The notes: a model not told the origin generated them from the letters alone. Shown: positions 12,301 through 20,294, counted from the first letter of the stretch. The stretch is 64,000 nucleotides of DNA from an uncultured Candidatus Poseidoniales archaeon (GCA_902593945.1 CACJKA010000005.1:16643-80642), one strand, 5' to 3'. Translations and numbers: made by a program.

Positions 12301-14890
12301 CGGTGTTCTTGAAACTACTTGGTTACCCTCTGAAGATGCAGCATGGTATGGCTACAGAGTTTATATCTGGGATTCAACAAATATACCTAACTGGGAGCCT
12401 AGTAAACAAGATTTAGATGATTTTGCAGGTTATATGCATGTTCCTTTCTGGTCCCAAACATCAGCGACTATTACTGAAGCTGATCATGATGGTGTCATGT
12501 CAACATTGATGGATGGGAACAAGTATCGTGCAGCAATTGTTACAGAATATGCAGATGGTTCAGTTGGGGAGCCAATGACATGGCCTTTTAATGCAACTCC
12601 AATTGATGAAGTTCCATCACCTCCTGAATGGCTAACTGCAAATCCAATTTCAGGAGGTACCGCCGGAACAATCTATGCAGAATGGTCAGCCTGTACTGAG
12701 ATGGACTCCGCTAAAACTAGGCTTTGGGCGGTTGAACAAGAGATTACAAATGCTCTAGCGTTGACAAATAACTATGACATTTCTTCAATTTCAGGAAATA
12801 ATACAGTTCTACAATTGAACCCCGGCTCTACATATTGGTTTGCTGCTGTTTGTGTAGATGAAAGTGGTCAGTCAGATCCACTAAATGCCACAATAGTTGG
12901 CCCAATCGTAACAGCGGGTGGCCTTGATGATGGCATTCCACCGATGCCGATTGAAGGAACTACTGCTATCGATGTCCCAGACGATGAAGGGGGACAAATA
13001 CAAGTTTCTTGGATTCCCAATGACGAAGACGATTGTACATTCTATACTATATTCGCCTTACCTGCTACTAGTTGGCAACCACCAAACAATGTAGATGGTT
13101 GGCCAGTATCATCATATGTCTCAAATTGTTCATCTAACTCTACAATCATTTCCTCGTTTGGAGATTCTCCATTCTTAGACGATACTACTTATTGGATAGG
13201 TGTGGTTGCTTCTGATGATTGGGGTAATCAAGATTTGAGCGATGTATTGGTTGTTGAAGTAACTCCTCAATCAAATAATGGTGGTGTAGGTATACCGCCA
13301 GCAAGAGTCGAGGGCTTAGTAGCATTCGATCATCCTGAAGATGATGGTACAGCTATTGATATAATTTGGAATAGGTCTTTAGCTACTGATTTCTCATTCT
13401 ATACAATTTGGGTTTCTGATTTCTATCAGGAAGATTTAACAGAATCTTGGAATGATTGTTCTGAATCTCCTCTGTCTTGTGGGCTTATAACATTGAATCA
13501 ACAGCAAATTGGAGGAGCATTCCAACTTCAGATGACAGTAGAGAAGGCACATTATGGAGACACTATTTCACAATCTTCTTCATCGTCAATAATACCCGAA
13601 GTTCCTCTATATGTAACTATCACAACTCATGACATCCATGGTAATGTATTCCTTTCTGATATGCAGAATTATATGGTCCTAGTTATTCCTTCAGATAATA
13701 GTGGAGATGTTTTCCCTCCTCCTAGAATCAACCCTCCGCAGTTAACTGACCGCCCATCAGATGATGGAGATGCTGTGTTTGTAACATTCCAAGAAAGTGA
13801 GGCTTCAGATATCTATGAATATTGGATATTTGCTGAAACAGTTCCTTTCAGTTCTTTAGTAAATCGCCAACCAGCAATGATTATTGATAGAGATGTAGAG
13901 ATGCCAGTTTTACTTCAACAATTTTCAGATGGCAGTCCATTAGCGCCTAATATTATGTTTTGGGTCAGCGTAATTCCCGTTGATTCATCTGGAAATTATT
14001 GGGATGAAGGAATCAAAACATCTTCAATTGCTTTAATCAATGAAAATATTCTTGATCCCGGCCTCCATATTCCAGAGATAGGAGGAATAATTGCTTATTG
14101 GGATAGTACAGGAACTAGGATTCAAATTGAATGGGATGATAAAAATGATCCAGCGATTGAATCATATTACATTTTCTTATCTTCTACGCCCTTTGAAGAT
14201 ACTCGTGATGCAGACACTTCTCAAAACGTAGTTAAACCATATTCAAGTTATACATGGCAAGCAACTCCATCTGAAATGGGTAATCAATACCCTCTCAACA
14301 ACGAGGCTTCCTATTGGATTGCTATAGTAGGATTTGATGGAGAAGTTCATCGTCTTGCTGTCGACCCTCTAGAAATACAACCTTGGTCAGAATCAGCTTT
14401 CGGCACAGATAGTGGTGGCTTGGATGACTCTGGAGTATCTTGGATAAATCAATTAATTGATGGCGATATGAATATGATAATAGCTTTAGTATCTGCAATA
14501 ATGATATTATTAGGTGGAGTAATGATTATGAAACCTAGAGGAAGATCTGCACCGCAACCTTGGGAGATGGGAACTCTAGAAGTAGAAATGGAGGAACAGA
14601 TGTATGACGAGGATTTCGGAATGGACGATGACTTCTCAGAAGATGATTTTATTCCTGATAAAGTAGAAAATGTACAATTTGATGAACAAATAAATATTGA
14701 TTCTTTATCACCTACAAAGCTTGATGATGAAGTTGTAGATGAACTACTTGTAGATGAAGAAGAGATTGATCTAGATGATTTAAGTGACTTAGCAGATGAC
14801 TTTGATCTTGATGATCTTGACGATATGGCAGAAGAATTATCTGAATTAGAAGATGATATTGATACATCTTTTATTGATGATATTTTGTGA
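6311..14890 (+). CDS. giant (2859 aa) surface protein: signal peptide, many propeller-type repeats, FN3-like modules, C-terminal TM anchor and acidic cytoplasmic tail
   Basis: Single uninterrupted 8.6-kb ORF. N-terminal hydrophobic segment MAMILVALMLLLPWASF (alternative ATG 6353). More than 15 repeats resemble the two-component-regulator propeller motif (e.g. GWVWVATINSGILRLD, LYIGFENTGIGRYNL, LWVTTAGNGLYKIDL). About six ~140-aa modules each start D.P.DDGG.I.V.W. A TM helix IIALVSAIMILLGGVMIM (~14467-14530) is followed by a D/E-rich tail. Confidence 0.9.
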   Translation: MRIVYDSVSGPQKRMAMILVALMLLLPWASFESPNLEQDSETMNTIPGAWGAGGSNDTGWIELSAEGANPSNGTFAYGDLFLDFAPGALIDNMTFEVKVNGSDGLWAYEPQITLLDSQTQILDWTDLGGFGIQDSFTENQPDVNSNGILDARLQPNSVSDTSWQLPTGISITDLVMEALRPADPKVSFSSLDIEIFDSAVNPVDGRLYILLGDDLLHLDDQTSTIIVDIESDVYGRSLAIDEFGNRLLIGTANGTILQRSLSDSSIMETYVSSNNQTVDALTVDDYGTIWAVSGCSVYYISEGSLESYYYCPGGAIKTATDIVPYGNDLYISTYQGLHLLGFSTSSGVNGTSVTVDSNVLWNTNNFLSSDRINDLQLFGSQLLIATDNAGIDRRNLVSNSWMATWSTNNWLSSNQVVGFGLTEGWLYILAANTIHTYDTNALFFSSQRQLTVFDLKENGNEIISWPGLGKQRSPDSGLVLVGDGSGVLGRLVGEINDGIETLVSSPSTNQMNQVIFVDDNEEGEIWVSGGTIIDRFDEATQTWLTPIDISDYVSNPFEITAFVQDSDGWVWVATINSGILRLDNTDASYMGTVQGIASNAVSSLSHDSYTEILVVGHYEDGLSFVNTSSMTLSDVITEQDGLDSNFINDVVTRYGVAYIATPDSGVMRINLQDFTILSSWQSLGADNLEAAPLAVDDDIIYFGLTGFGILLIDRHTSEIIDIWDADGSSGLPDNDVLSLHLDYYGGLIVGMEVPNSGGTSNQAMARWDGSDWEYFETDVPGGNNDPWKINDIKSDADGVVAATNRGVCTWTGWTLIQSNIYEWDECISPMNTSARFSETFSIELVPLSSSLSENCCTRILAGHNEGASLINRDVGLDVVERWTAGDDTQRARVVKVQDILYIGFENTGIGRYNLTSQEWLQTWDGDQGFIDDDDVTVLIPGHVEDTIWAGGDFGLTLINVVNETVLIDWDRGSNSGGPTLSNSAPQDIVIIDEILHYSTQRSTAWWQSNDQIWRINLTSNSSESTIDVGQELGWNGKIHSIGQVSEELWIGIRPTQYWNEGDGTIARWNVTNETWEAPLDTIGSVERVNAQFLGECFPINVSSCELWIAYGDNILRRFSAQTMTLLDEWTDIPGPIRGIVEYQDDYLFASMDGILRWEPDNETWLDPWVVNDGLPSDANDEVYTMIVVGDDLWAGSYSSGGWNTNSEIIRKNGTSGNWTTWDLGSAGIPSGYTADIEVCDNIVHIAVGAVNWWGNQGGIARYDLSDHDSDGITDEWITSLLTSNGLEDNDARALACDEANRIMYVGFDEEGVGIARYNYNTDQFLTTLTNSVDGISEDRIFPGGMLHDGNVLLTAHQFDTTGGISRIITSGTSTVNGQILSPGMDGCSIVRAPSSSTPIYAIGRSGQTSGINRVDRLDSTGLIESGFDELTGLTSGKILNIISNETNVWATSSLGWNSYYASSVLQGELVNDTVRWQYGYSFDGDIINDISLDGDNLWVTTAGNGLYKIDLIQRTLTPTSSALHSQMDGMFIEEDGTMYVGLMGESGTSAGYQAFNTNTENWGQGSLIAGLPSNIVRDFLEVDNHVLIATSGGIGMYNLTKDGWDSPITSYNGLPSPVIEHLMLLDSPIQGNGTILAGGLAGLTVLEAGTYSIQNTIDYSDGLIGNRVSGMLFADSVTREVTVGNSSIIQHHNASIFISHNGQGATRPGVAAWDIDTDSQNGTYLIDMIPSNNVLNLAADSWGVHVATDIAPVVHWNGTMGQMEAGTNPSNLLSWPPVKMVSNGNYLVLIGSGGINLLDVGNSHSVVASTSASGFNNAFIESDSLFVAAEDGLHVWKGSLIEQPREYQRRAEPMFSVFGGRQWEITSTTHPGMSTALVNSSDPLFIPNDSNSLPGVLPMYNGAMTITSPISSSNVWARSVSLNYSGSWDLAGRNPAIEAGFQSAISNVGPGSNSVQLHVQMQSPMNGTISVRMTYDWERIEVPTILTSLNNRANDGGGVLETTWLPSEDAAWYGYRVYIWDSTNIPNWEPSKQDLDDFAGYMHVPFWSQTSATITEADHDGVMSTLMDGNKYRAAIVTEYADGSVGEPMTWPFNATPIDEVPSPPEWLTANPISGGTAGTIYAEWSACTEMDSAKTRLWAVEQEITNALALTNNYDISSISGNNTVLQLNPGSTYWFAAVCVDESGQSDPLNATIVGPIVTAGGLDDGIPPMPIEGTTAIDVPDDEGGQIQVSWIPNDEDDCTFYTIFALPATSWQPPNNVDGWPVSSYVSNCSSNSTIISSFGDSPFLDDTTYWIGVVASDDWGNQDLSDVLVVEVTPQSNNGGVGIPPARVEGLVAFDHPEDDGTAIDIIWNRSLATDFSFYTIWVSDFYQEDLTESWNDCSESPLSCGLITLNQQQIGGAFQLQMTVEKAHYGDTISQSSSSSIIPEVPLYVTITTHDIHGNVFLSDMQNYMVLVIPSDNSGDVFPPPRINPPQLTDRPSDDGDAVFVTFQESEASDIYEYWIFAETVPFSSLVNRQPAMIIDRDVEMPVLLQQFSDGSPLAPNIMFWVSVIPVDSSGNYWDEGIKTSSIALINENILDPGLHIPEIGGIIAYWDSTGTRIQIEWDDKNDPAIESYYIFLSSTPFEDTRDADTSQNVVKPYSSYTWQATPSEMGNQYPLNNEASYWIAIVGFDGEVHRLAVDPLEIQPWSESAFGTDSGGLDDSGVSWINQLIDGDMNMIIALVSAIMILLGGVMIMKPRGRSAPQPWEMGTLEVEMEEQMYDEDFGMDDDFSEDDFIPDKVENVQFDEQINIDSLSPTKLDDEVVDELLVDEEEIDLDDLSDLADDFDLDDLDDMAEELSELEDDIDTSFIDDIL

Positions 14891-14934
14891 AATCTCTTAG
14901 AAGAATTTGAAGAGTTGTAAGTTTACGGCGGTGC

Positions 14935-15717
14935 ATGGCCGAAAACTCCAATCCTTGTTTTGAGGTGTGGTCTACTGTTGCTTGGGACGGTAAAGAAAGT
15001 CTACTATCTGCAAATTTGCATTTTGATAGAATGGAGAGACATGCCCACAGACTTAATTTTTCTTTACCAGAAAATTTTAGAAAAAATATTTTCAGAGAGT
15101 TAGTAAATCTAAATTTCTCTGAGAAGTCCATAGTCCAAGAAAATCAACCACCCTTTTTGGTCAAAATAAGTATAACTAATGAAGGAATACTTTCTTTATC
15201 ACCCCGTTTAAATCAAACCTGGCCGAGTGTTCTGAAAGCCATTACAGTTTCTGCTCCAAGCTGGGAAGGAGAGATTAGAGGTACGAAACATGGAGATTGG
15301 GGGCCATATTTTGATGCTAGAACATTGGCTTTGGAAAATAATGCCGATATATCTCTACTGATTGAACATGATTCCTTAATTGATGGCGATAGGTGCATGC
15401 CCATTCTTCTTGATATAGACGGTACTGCATACTACCCAAGAGTAGAAGATGGGGCCTTAGATTCAATAACTTTAGAACAGATTCACAATTGTTTAGAAAA
15501 TTCTGGCATTCCGATTAGACCAGCGATTATAACAATGAATTTAATTTTGAGGGCCAAGGAAATGATTGTAATTGGTAGTGGAATGGGTATTCAATCGTTG
15601 GGGGAAATAGATGGTAGGAAAATTGGTAAACCTCATGGCCGGTTATACGAATCTGCAATGTCTTGCTGGTTATCAAGACTTTCTGATGGATGGGAATCAA
15701 TTGATGAGATGAGTTGA
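14935..15717 (+). CDS. pabC: class IV aminotransferase-fold protein, probable aminodeoxychorismate lyase
   Basis: 260-aa ORF ending 4 nt before the PabB-PabA fusion. The C-terminal half fits the class IV fold pattern (DGDRCMPILLDIDGTAYYPRVEDGALDSITLEQI...IPIRPAIITMNLILRAKEMIVIGSGMGIQSLGEIDG). The functional call rests mainly on gene context. Confidence 0.6.
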   Translation: MAENSNPCFEVWSTVAWDGKESLLSANLHFDRMERHAHRLNFSLPENFRKNIFRELVNLNFSEKSIVQENQPPFLVKISITNEGILSLSPRLNQTWPSVLKAITVSAPSWEGEIRGTKHGDWGPYFDARTLALENNADISLLIEHDSLIDGDRCMPILLDIDGTAYYPRVEDGALDSITLEQIHNCLENSGIPIRPAIITMNLILRAKEMIVIGSGMGIQSLGEIDGRKIGKPHGRLYESAMSCWLSRLSDGWESIDEMS

Positions 15718-15721
15718 TATT

Positions 15722-18031
15722 ATGATACCTGATTTTCGTACCTTTCCAAATCACATTGAGAACCCTATTATTTCATTATTGGAATATTACAGAGATTTAC
15801 AACTCCCTGAACAAGACGAACTAATTTTAAATTCAGGCGGCCCTGTTACCGATTTATCTGAGTACTCTTTTCTTCCTTGTTTACAAAGTGTACGTATGTT
15901 ATTCTTCGAACCTCTTAGCGAAATCGAATTAGATAGTTCATCTGCACTTCAAGGAAATATAAATTTAGGAAATAATAATGAATTGATAGTCTTAGTTCAG
16001 AAGTACAGTTTATCTTCTTGGGAAACAGTGAATGAATATCAGGTTGAAACACTTGAGGAGGCAATAAAAATTGCAGAAGATCTGGAACTGCCATATGAGA
16101 ATGTTGACAATTTTCCAATAATTCCGGGAGGATTTACTGGTATTTTAGGGTATGACTTGAACAAATGGTCCGTCGGAATCAATTTGGCTAATAATCCACA
16201 AGATGGGACTCTATTAGGAGTACTATGGAGATCTGATGCATGGTGGATTCATAATAGGAAAACAGACGAATTAAGTATAATTTCTACACCTAATCATCCT
16301 TGGTTGGAAGAAGTAAATACTAATGGCCTGTCTATCATTAAGAATAATAGTTCTCCTAAATTAGAAAAATTTTCAGTACCAGAGTCTGAAAGTGATGCCT
16401 CGCACGCAAGAAAAGTTGAGAAGATTAAAGAAAGTATTCGGCAAGGTCATTTTTATCAATTGAATTATGGAAGGAAATGGACAGGTCCTATGCGAATTCA
16501 TCCATGGAACGCATTTCAAAGAATGATGGAGATTAATCCCTCACCCTTCGCCTCATGGTTATATGTCCATGATCATGGATGGAGCATCGCTTCAGCAAGT
16601 CCTGAACGTCTCCTAAGGACTAACAAAGGCATTGTTTCTACTCGACCAATCAAAGGAACTTATCCTAGAGGTAAATCTCTCAAAGAAGATAAGGATTTGC
16701 AAGTTGAAATGGTTTCATCAGAAAAAGAAATAGCCGAACATCTAATGTTAGTTGATTTGAAAAAACATGATTTATCGAAGATTTGTGAGCCAGGTAGCGT
16801 ACATTGGTCCGATTTCCGTATTGAGGCATTACCAACTGTTCAACATTTAGTTAGTGGTGTTTCTGGCAAACTAATCTCTAATATTGGATTTGGTAAGATA
16901 ATATCTGCTTTATTTCCGGGAGGTTCGATAACTGGTTGTCCGAAAATAGCATCTATTGCTGCAATAAATGAAATCGAACAATCGCCAAGAGGTGCCTGGA
17001 CAGGTTCAATCGGGCATTTCCATTCAAGTTCTGGAATTTCTGAATTTAATATCTTAATCCGTACATTAGAAGCCCATTCTGGACCAAATCATTGGTATGG
17101 ACGAGTTCAAGCTGGAGGAGGAATTGTGATTGGCTCTAATTCTTCTTCTGAAGTTGAGGAAGCACGATGGAAAGCTACAGCAATTACCGATTCTACTTGG
17201 GGATTTAGAACTGGTTTCTCTGCAGAAGAACTTCCCCAAAGAGGAGTAGAGATATTGCCTATTCCTGAGGTTAATGGACCCATCAGTAAACTAAAACCAG
17301 TTTCACCACAATTAAGTCCAAGAGTTGGTGAGATAATTAGGGGAGATTCTGATATATCATTTCCCGCAGACGTCCTATTGATAGATAATCTAGATTCTTT
17401 TACAGAAAACATTGCTAATTCAATAGTGAAGATGGGTTTCTCAGTTAGAATAGTGGATGGGCGTCCAAAAGATCATTCTGATATATCTAATAGAATCAAA
17501 TACTGGTTAGAAAATTTCACTCCTAAAAGTATCATTATTGGCCCAGGCCCTTCCCGACCTGAACAATCTAAGATAACCATGGAAATAGCCAAATTAGCAG
17601 TTGAAGGTAAAATGGTAGCAGATGGACAATATATTCCAGTACTTGGTCTGTGTTTGGGCCATCAAGCATTGGGATTGGCGGTTGGATGGGATCTGGTAGA
17701 ATCTCCAATGGGGGCAGTCCACGGTGTCCCCTCAATAATTAACCATGATAATCTTGGATTATACTCTAAGTATGAATCTCCATTGATTTTAATGAGATAC
17801 AATAGTCTCATATTAATCCCTAAAAATAAATTGATGATTTGTGATGCGTGGGATCAAAGTGAAAGTTTAGTCATGGGAATCAGACATCCGATATATCCAA
17901 TCTTTGGGATTCAATTTCATCCGGAGTCTGTTGGTAGCCCTCAAGGATATGAATTAATTTCTTCTTTTCTTAAACAAGAACCAGTATTAATAGACTCAAT
18001 TTTAGATAATAGTCAGGTTAGAAGACCGTAG
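15722..18031 (+). CDS. pabB: fused aminodeoxychorismate (or anthranilate) synthase: component I (chorismate-binding) N-terminal, glutamine amidotransferase C-terminal
   Basis: Chorismate-binding motifs SPERLL, RPIKGT, EHLMLVDL and PGGSITGCPK. After a linker comes a class-I GATase with LLIDNLDSFTENI, GLCLGHQAL (catalytic Cys) and GIQFHPES. The adjacent class IV lyase-like gene favours Pab over Trp. Confidence 0.85.
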   Translation: MIPDFRTFPNHIENPIISLLEYYRDLQLPEQDELILNSGGPVTDLSEYSFLPCLQSVRMLFFEPLSEIELDSSSALQGNINLGNNNELIVLVQKYSLSSWETVNEYQVETLEEAIKIAEDLELPYENVDNFPIIPGGFTGILGYDLNKWSVGINLANNPQDGTLLGVLWRSDAWWIHNRKTDELSIISTPNHPWLEEVNTNGLSIIKNNSSPKLEKFSVPESESDASHARKVEKIKESIRQGHFYQLNYGRKWTGPMRIHPWNAFQRMMEINPSPFASWLYVHDHGWSIASASPERLLRTNKGIVSTRPIKGTYPRGKSLKEDKDLQVEMVSSEKEIAEHLMLVDLKKHDLSKICEPGSVHWSDFRIEALPTVQHLVSGVSGKLISNIGFGKIISALFPGGSITGCPKIASIAAINEIEQSPRGAWTGSIGHFHSSSGISEFNILIRTLEAHSGPNHWYGRVQAGGGIVIGSNSSSEVEEARWKATAITDSTWGFRTGFSAEELPQRGVEILPIPEVNGPISKLKPVSPQLSPRVGEIIRGDSDISFPADVLLIDNLDSFTENIANSIVKMGFSVRIVDGRPKDHSDISNRIKYWLENFTPKSIIIGPGPSRPEQSKITMEIAKLAVEGKMVADGQYIPVLGLCLGHQALGLAVGWDLVESPMGAVHGVPSIINHDNLGLYSKYESPLILMRYNSLILIPKNKLMICDAWDQSESLVMGIRHPIYPIFGIQFHPESVGSPQGYELISSFLKQEPVLIDSILDNSQVRRP

Positions 18032-18070
18032 CCTTGAATTAGCATTCCATTGTGCGTAAGTTGAAGCAAC

Positions 18071-18433
18071 ATGCCATATTGCAGGTTATGTAAACAAAAT
18101 TATCCTGAGAATCAATTTGTGAGTGGTAATGGACCCCGTTATCTTGTATGTGCTAGATGTGCAATAGAGCACGATCTTGCAGATGAAGACGAAGTCCCTC
18201 AATTATATTCAGATGACCTAGTTAAGGCTAGATTTGCCCTGTTTAGCAGAAGACACAGGTTATGGCTGGCTCTTCTTACTGGATGGACTTTATACTTCAC
18301 ATTAGGCAATGATATCGAACTTTGGTCAGGTTTATTCTTTATTGCTTTGGTAATCGGAACTATCTCTACTCCAGTCTTGTATTTCTTAGGTTCAGCTCGT
18401 TTTAACGCCGAATTATCAAAATTGTCTCCTTGA
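18071..18433 (+). CDS. small membrane protein with N-terminal CxxC...CxxC zinc-ribbon-like motif and two TM helices
   Basis: MPYCRLCKQ...LVCARCAIEH (4 Cys), followed by two hydrophobic helices (LWLALLTGWTLYFTL, LFFIALVIGTISTPVLYFLG). No family recognised. Confidence 0.55.
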   Translation: MPYCRLCKQNYPENQFVSGNGPRYLVCARCAIEHDLADEDEVPQLYSDDLVKARFALFSRRHRLWLALLTGWTLYFTLGNDIELWSGLFFIALVIGTISTPVLYFLGSARFNAELSKLSP

Positions 18434-18743
18434 TACCAATTCGGGAATCCTTGAAATAGTGTATACCTACCTCTGAACTTAGAGGGAACAGAGGGTTCCC
18501 TATGAATGCCCGCGAGATTGGATGAAAAATTAGGAGGAGTTGAATAAATTAAAATAATTTGTTAAGTAGATAAAAAAAGGCGCAGTATAGCGTTTTTATT
18601 ATGCTTCATAGTTAACATTCAACTCTTTTTCTAATAATACCGAACTCTCCCGGATAATAGTTTAGCGTGACAGAAGCGTGAGCATTGTTCGGAAAGAGAG
18701 AACAGCGGGTACTCTATAACTAAATTTTAAGGAAGTAAAAAAA

Positions 18744-20294
18744 ATGAAGAAAACGAAGAATATGAGTATGTTGATTGCACTACTCCTATTGCTAATGGTT
18801 GGTTCAGTCGGTGTTCAAGCTGACGGTTCCGATCCACTCGACCCATCTGATGGTGGTGCCGATTGGGATGGAGATGGACTAACCAATGCTGAGGAGCAGG
18901 CTGCAGGAACAGACATGAATAATGCAGATACTGACAACGATGGATTACCAGATGGGTGGGAAGTAGCTTACGGGCTAAATCCTAATTCAGCTAGTGATGC
19001 GAACGCAGATCCGGATGGCGACGGCCTATCCAACTCTCAGGAGTATGCCGCGGGTACAAACCCGAATAGTGCAGATACCGACGGAGATGGTGTAGCTGAC
19101 GGCTCCGATCCGTTCCCAAATGATCCTAATGATGGTTCATCATCTGACTCTGATGGCGACGGAATACCTGATGCGTATGACCCTGACTTCCCTGGAAATG
19201 ACCAGGGTGATGGCGACGGCGGAACAGATGGCGGCGGTGAAGGAGAAGATGGTGAAGGCGAAGGTCAAGGTCAAGGACAAGGTCAAGGACAAGGTCAAGG
19301 TCAAGGACAAGGACAAGGTCAAGGACAAGGTCAAGGACAAGGTCAAGGCCAAGGACAAGGTCAAGGACAAGGTCAAGGACAAGATGGTCAACAAGGCCAA
19401 GGCCAAGATCAAGGATCGCAATCAGGACAAGATGGTCAACAAGGCCAAGACAGTCAAGATGGATCGCAAGGTCAGCAGCAAGATAATGGACAAGGCCAGC
19501 AATCTGGTGGAGAACAATCTGGACAACAAGGTGACCAAACTGGCGATAGTCAGAATGGAAACAACCAGAATGGTCAAAATCAACAGCAACAAGGTCAGAC
19601 CCAAGACTCCAATCAAGGACAACAGGGACAACAATCCGATCAGCAGCAAAACCAACAGCTCGAGAACCAAGACCAGAACGGTGAAAACGACAACGATGGA
19701 GATGGCATCCCTGATGACCTAGACTTCGATGACGACAACGATGGTATTCCTGATAATCAGGATGCTAACCCAGAGGATCACGATAACGATGGTATCGACG
19801 ATGCAGATGATGATGACGATGACGGTGACGGAATAGACGACCAAGAGGAAGTCAATGATGGAAACCCAAATACAGACATCTATGATCATGACAACGACGG
19901 TGTCAGAGATAACGTAGACTTTGATATTGACAATGATGGCATTGATAATTGGAACGATATTGGACCGAACGGTGAGGATTACTCACGCGATCATGACAAT
20001 GACGGTTTGAATGACGGTGTTGACACTGACGATGATAACGATGATATCCTTGACGTTGACGAAAACGATGGCGTTGTAGGCGTTTGGAGATACGATCATG
20101 ACAACGATGGAATCCAAGATTATTGGGATCTAGACGATGATAATGATGGTCTTTCCGACTGGTTTGAGCAGAATGATGGCTGGAGTAATACCGGCCAATT
20201 CGATCACGACAATGATGGCGTGCCCGATCATCTGGATGACGACGACGATGGAGACGGAATCTTAGATTCCGACGAAAACGGCGGAGTCCTCTGA
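18744..20294 (+). CDS. secreted, highly acidic calcium-binding protein with thrombospondin type-3-like repeats flanking a GQ-repeat/Q-rich low-complexity core
   Basis: Signal peptide MKKTKNMSMLIALLLLLMVGSVGVQA. Numerous DxDxDGxxDxxD units (DTDNDGLPDGWE, DPDGDGLSNSQE, DHDNDGVPDHLDDDDDGDGILD). Central (GQ)20 followed by a Q/G/D/N/S-rich stretch. Confidence 0.85.
   Translation: MKKTKNMSMLIALLLLLMVGSVGVQADGSDPLDPSDGGADWDGDGLTNAEEQAAGTDMNNADTDNDGLPDGWEVAYGLNPNSASDANADPDGDGLSNSQEYAAGTNPNSADTDGDGVADGSDPFPNDPNDGSSSDSDGDGIPDAYDPDFPGNDQGDGDGGTDGGGEGEDGEGEGQGQGQGQGQGQGQGQGQGQGQGQGQGQGQGQGQGQGQGQDGQQGQGQDQGSQSGQDGQQGQDSQDGSQGQQQDNGQGQQSGGEQSGQQGDQTGDSQNGNNQNGQNQQQQGQTQDSNQGQQGQQSDQQQNQQLENQDQNGENDNDGDGIPDDLDFDDDNDGIPDNQDANPEDHDNDGIDDADDDDDDGDGIDDQEEVNDGNPNTDIYDHDNDGVRDNVDFDIDNDGIDNWNDIGPNGEDYSRDHDNDGLNDGVDTDDDNDDILDVDENDGVVGVWRYDHDNDGIQDYWDLDDDNDGLSDWFEQNDGWSNTGQFDHDNDGVPDHLDDDDDGDGILDSDENGGVL
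19263..19382 (+). repeat. coding hexanucleotide microsatellite (GGN CAA) x20 encoding (Gly-Gln)20
   Basis: Read directly from the sequence: ggtcaaggtcaaggacaaggtcaaggacaa... from 19263 to 19382. Only GGT/GGA/GGC alternation interrupts perfect periodicity. Confidence 0.95.

Noticed and set aside
19120-19722. Alternative-frame ORFs through the GQ repeat: + frame K/V/D-rich 200 aa, and minus-strand LSLTLSL... ORFs at 19140..19421 and 19422..19670
   Set aside because: These are frame-shifted or antisense readings of a low-complexity repeat that cannot contain stops. The frame with the signal peptide and TSP3 repeats explains the whole region.
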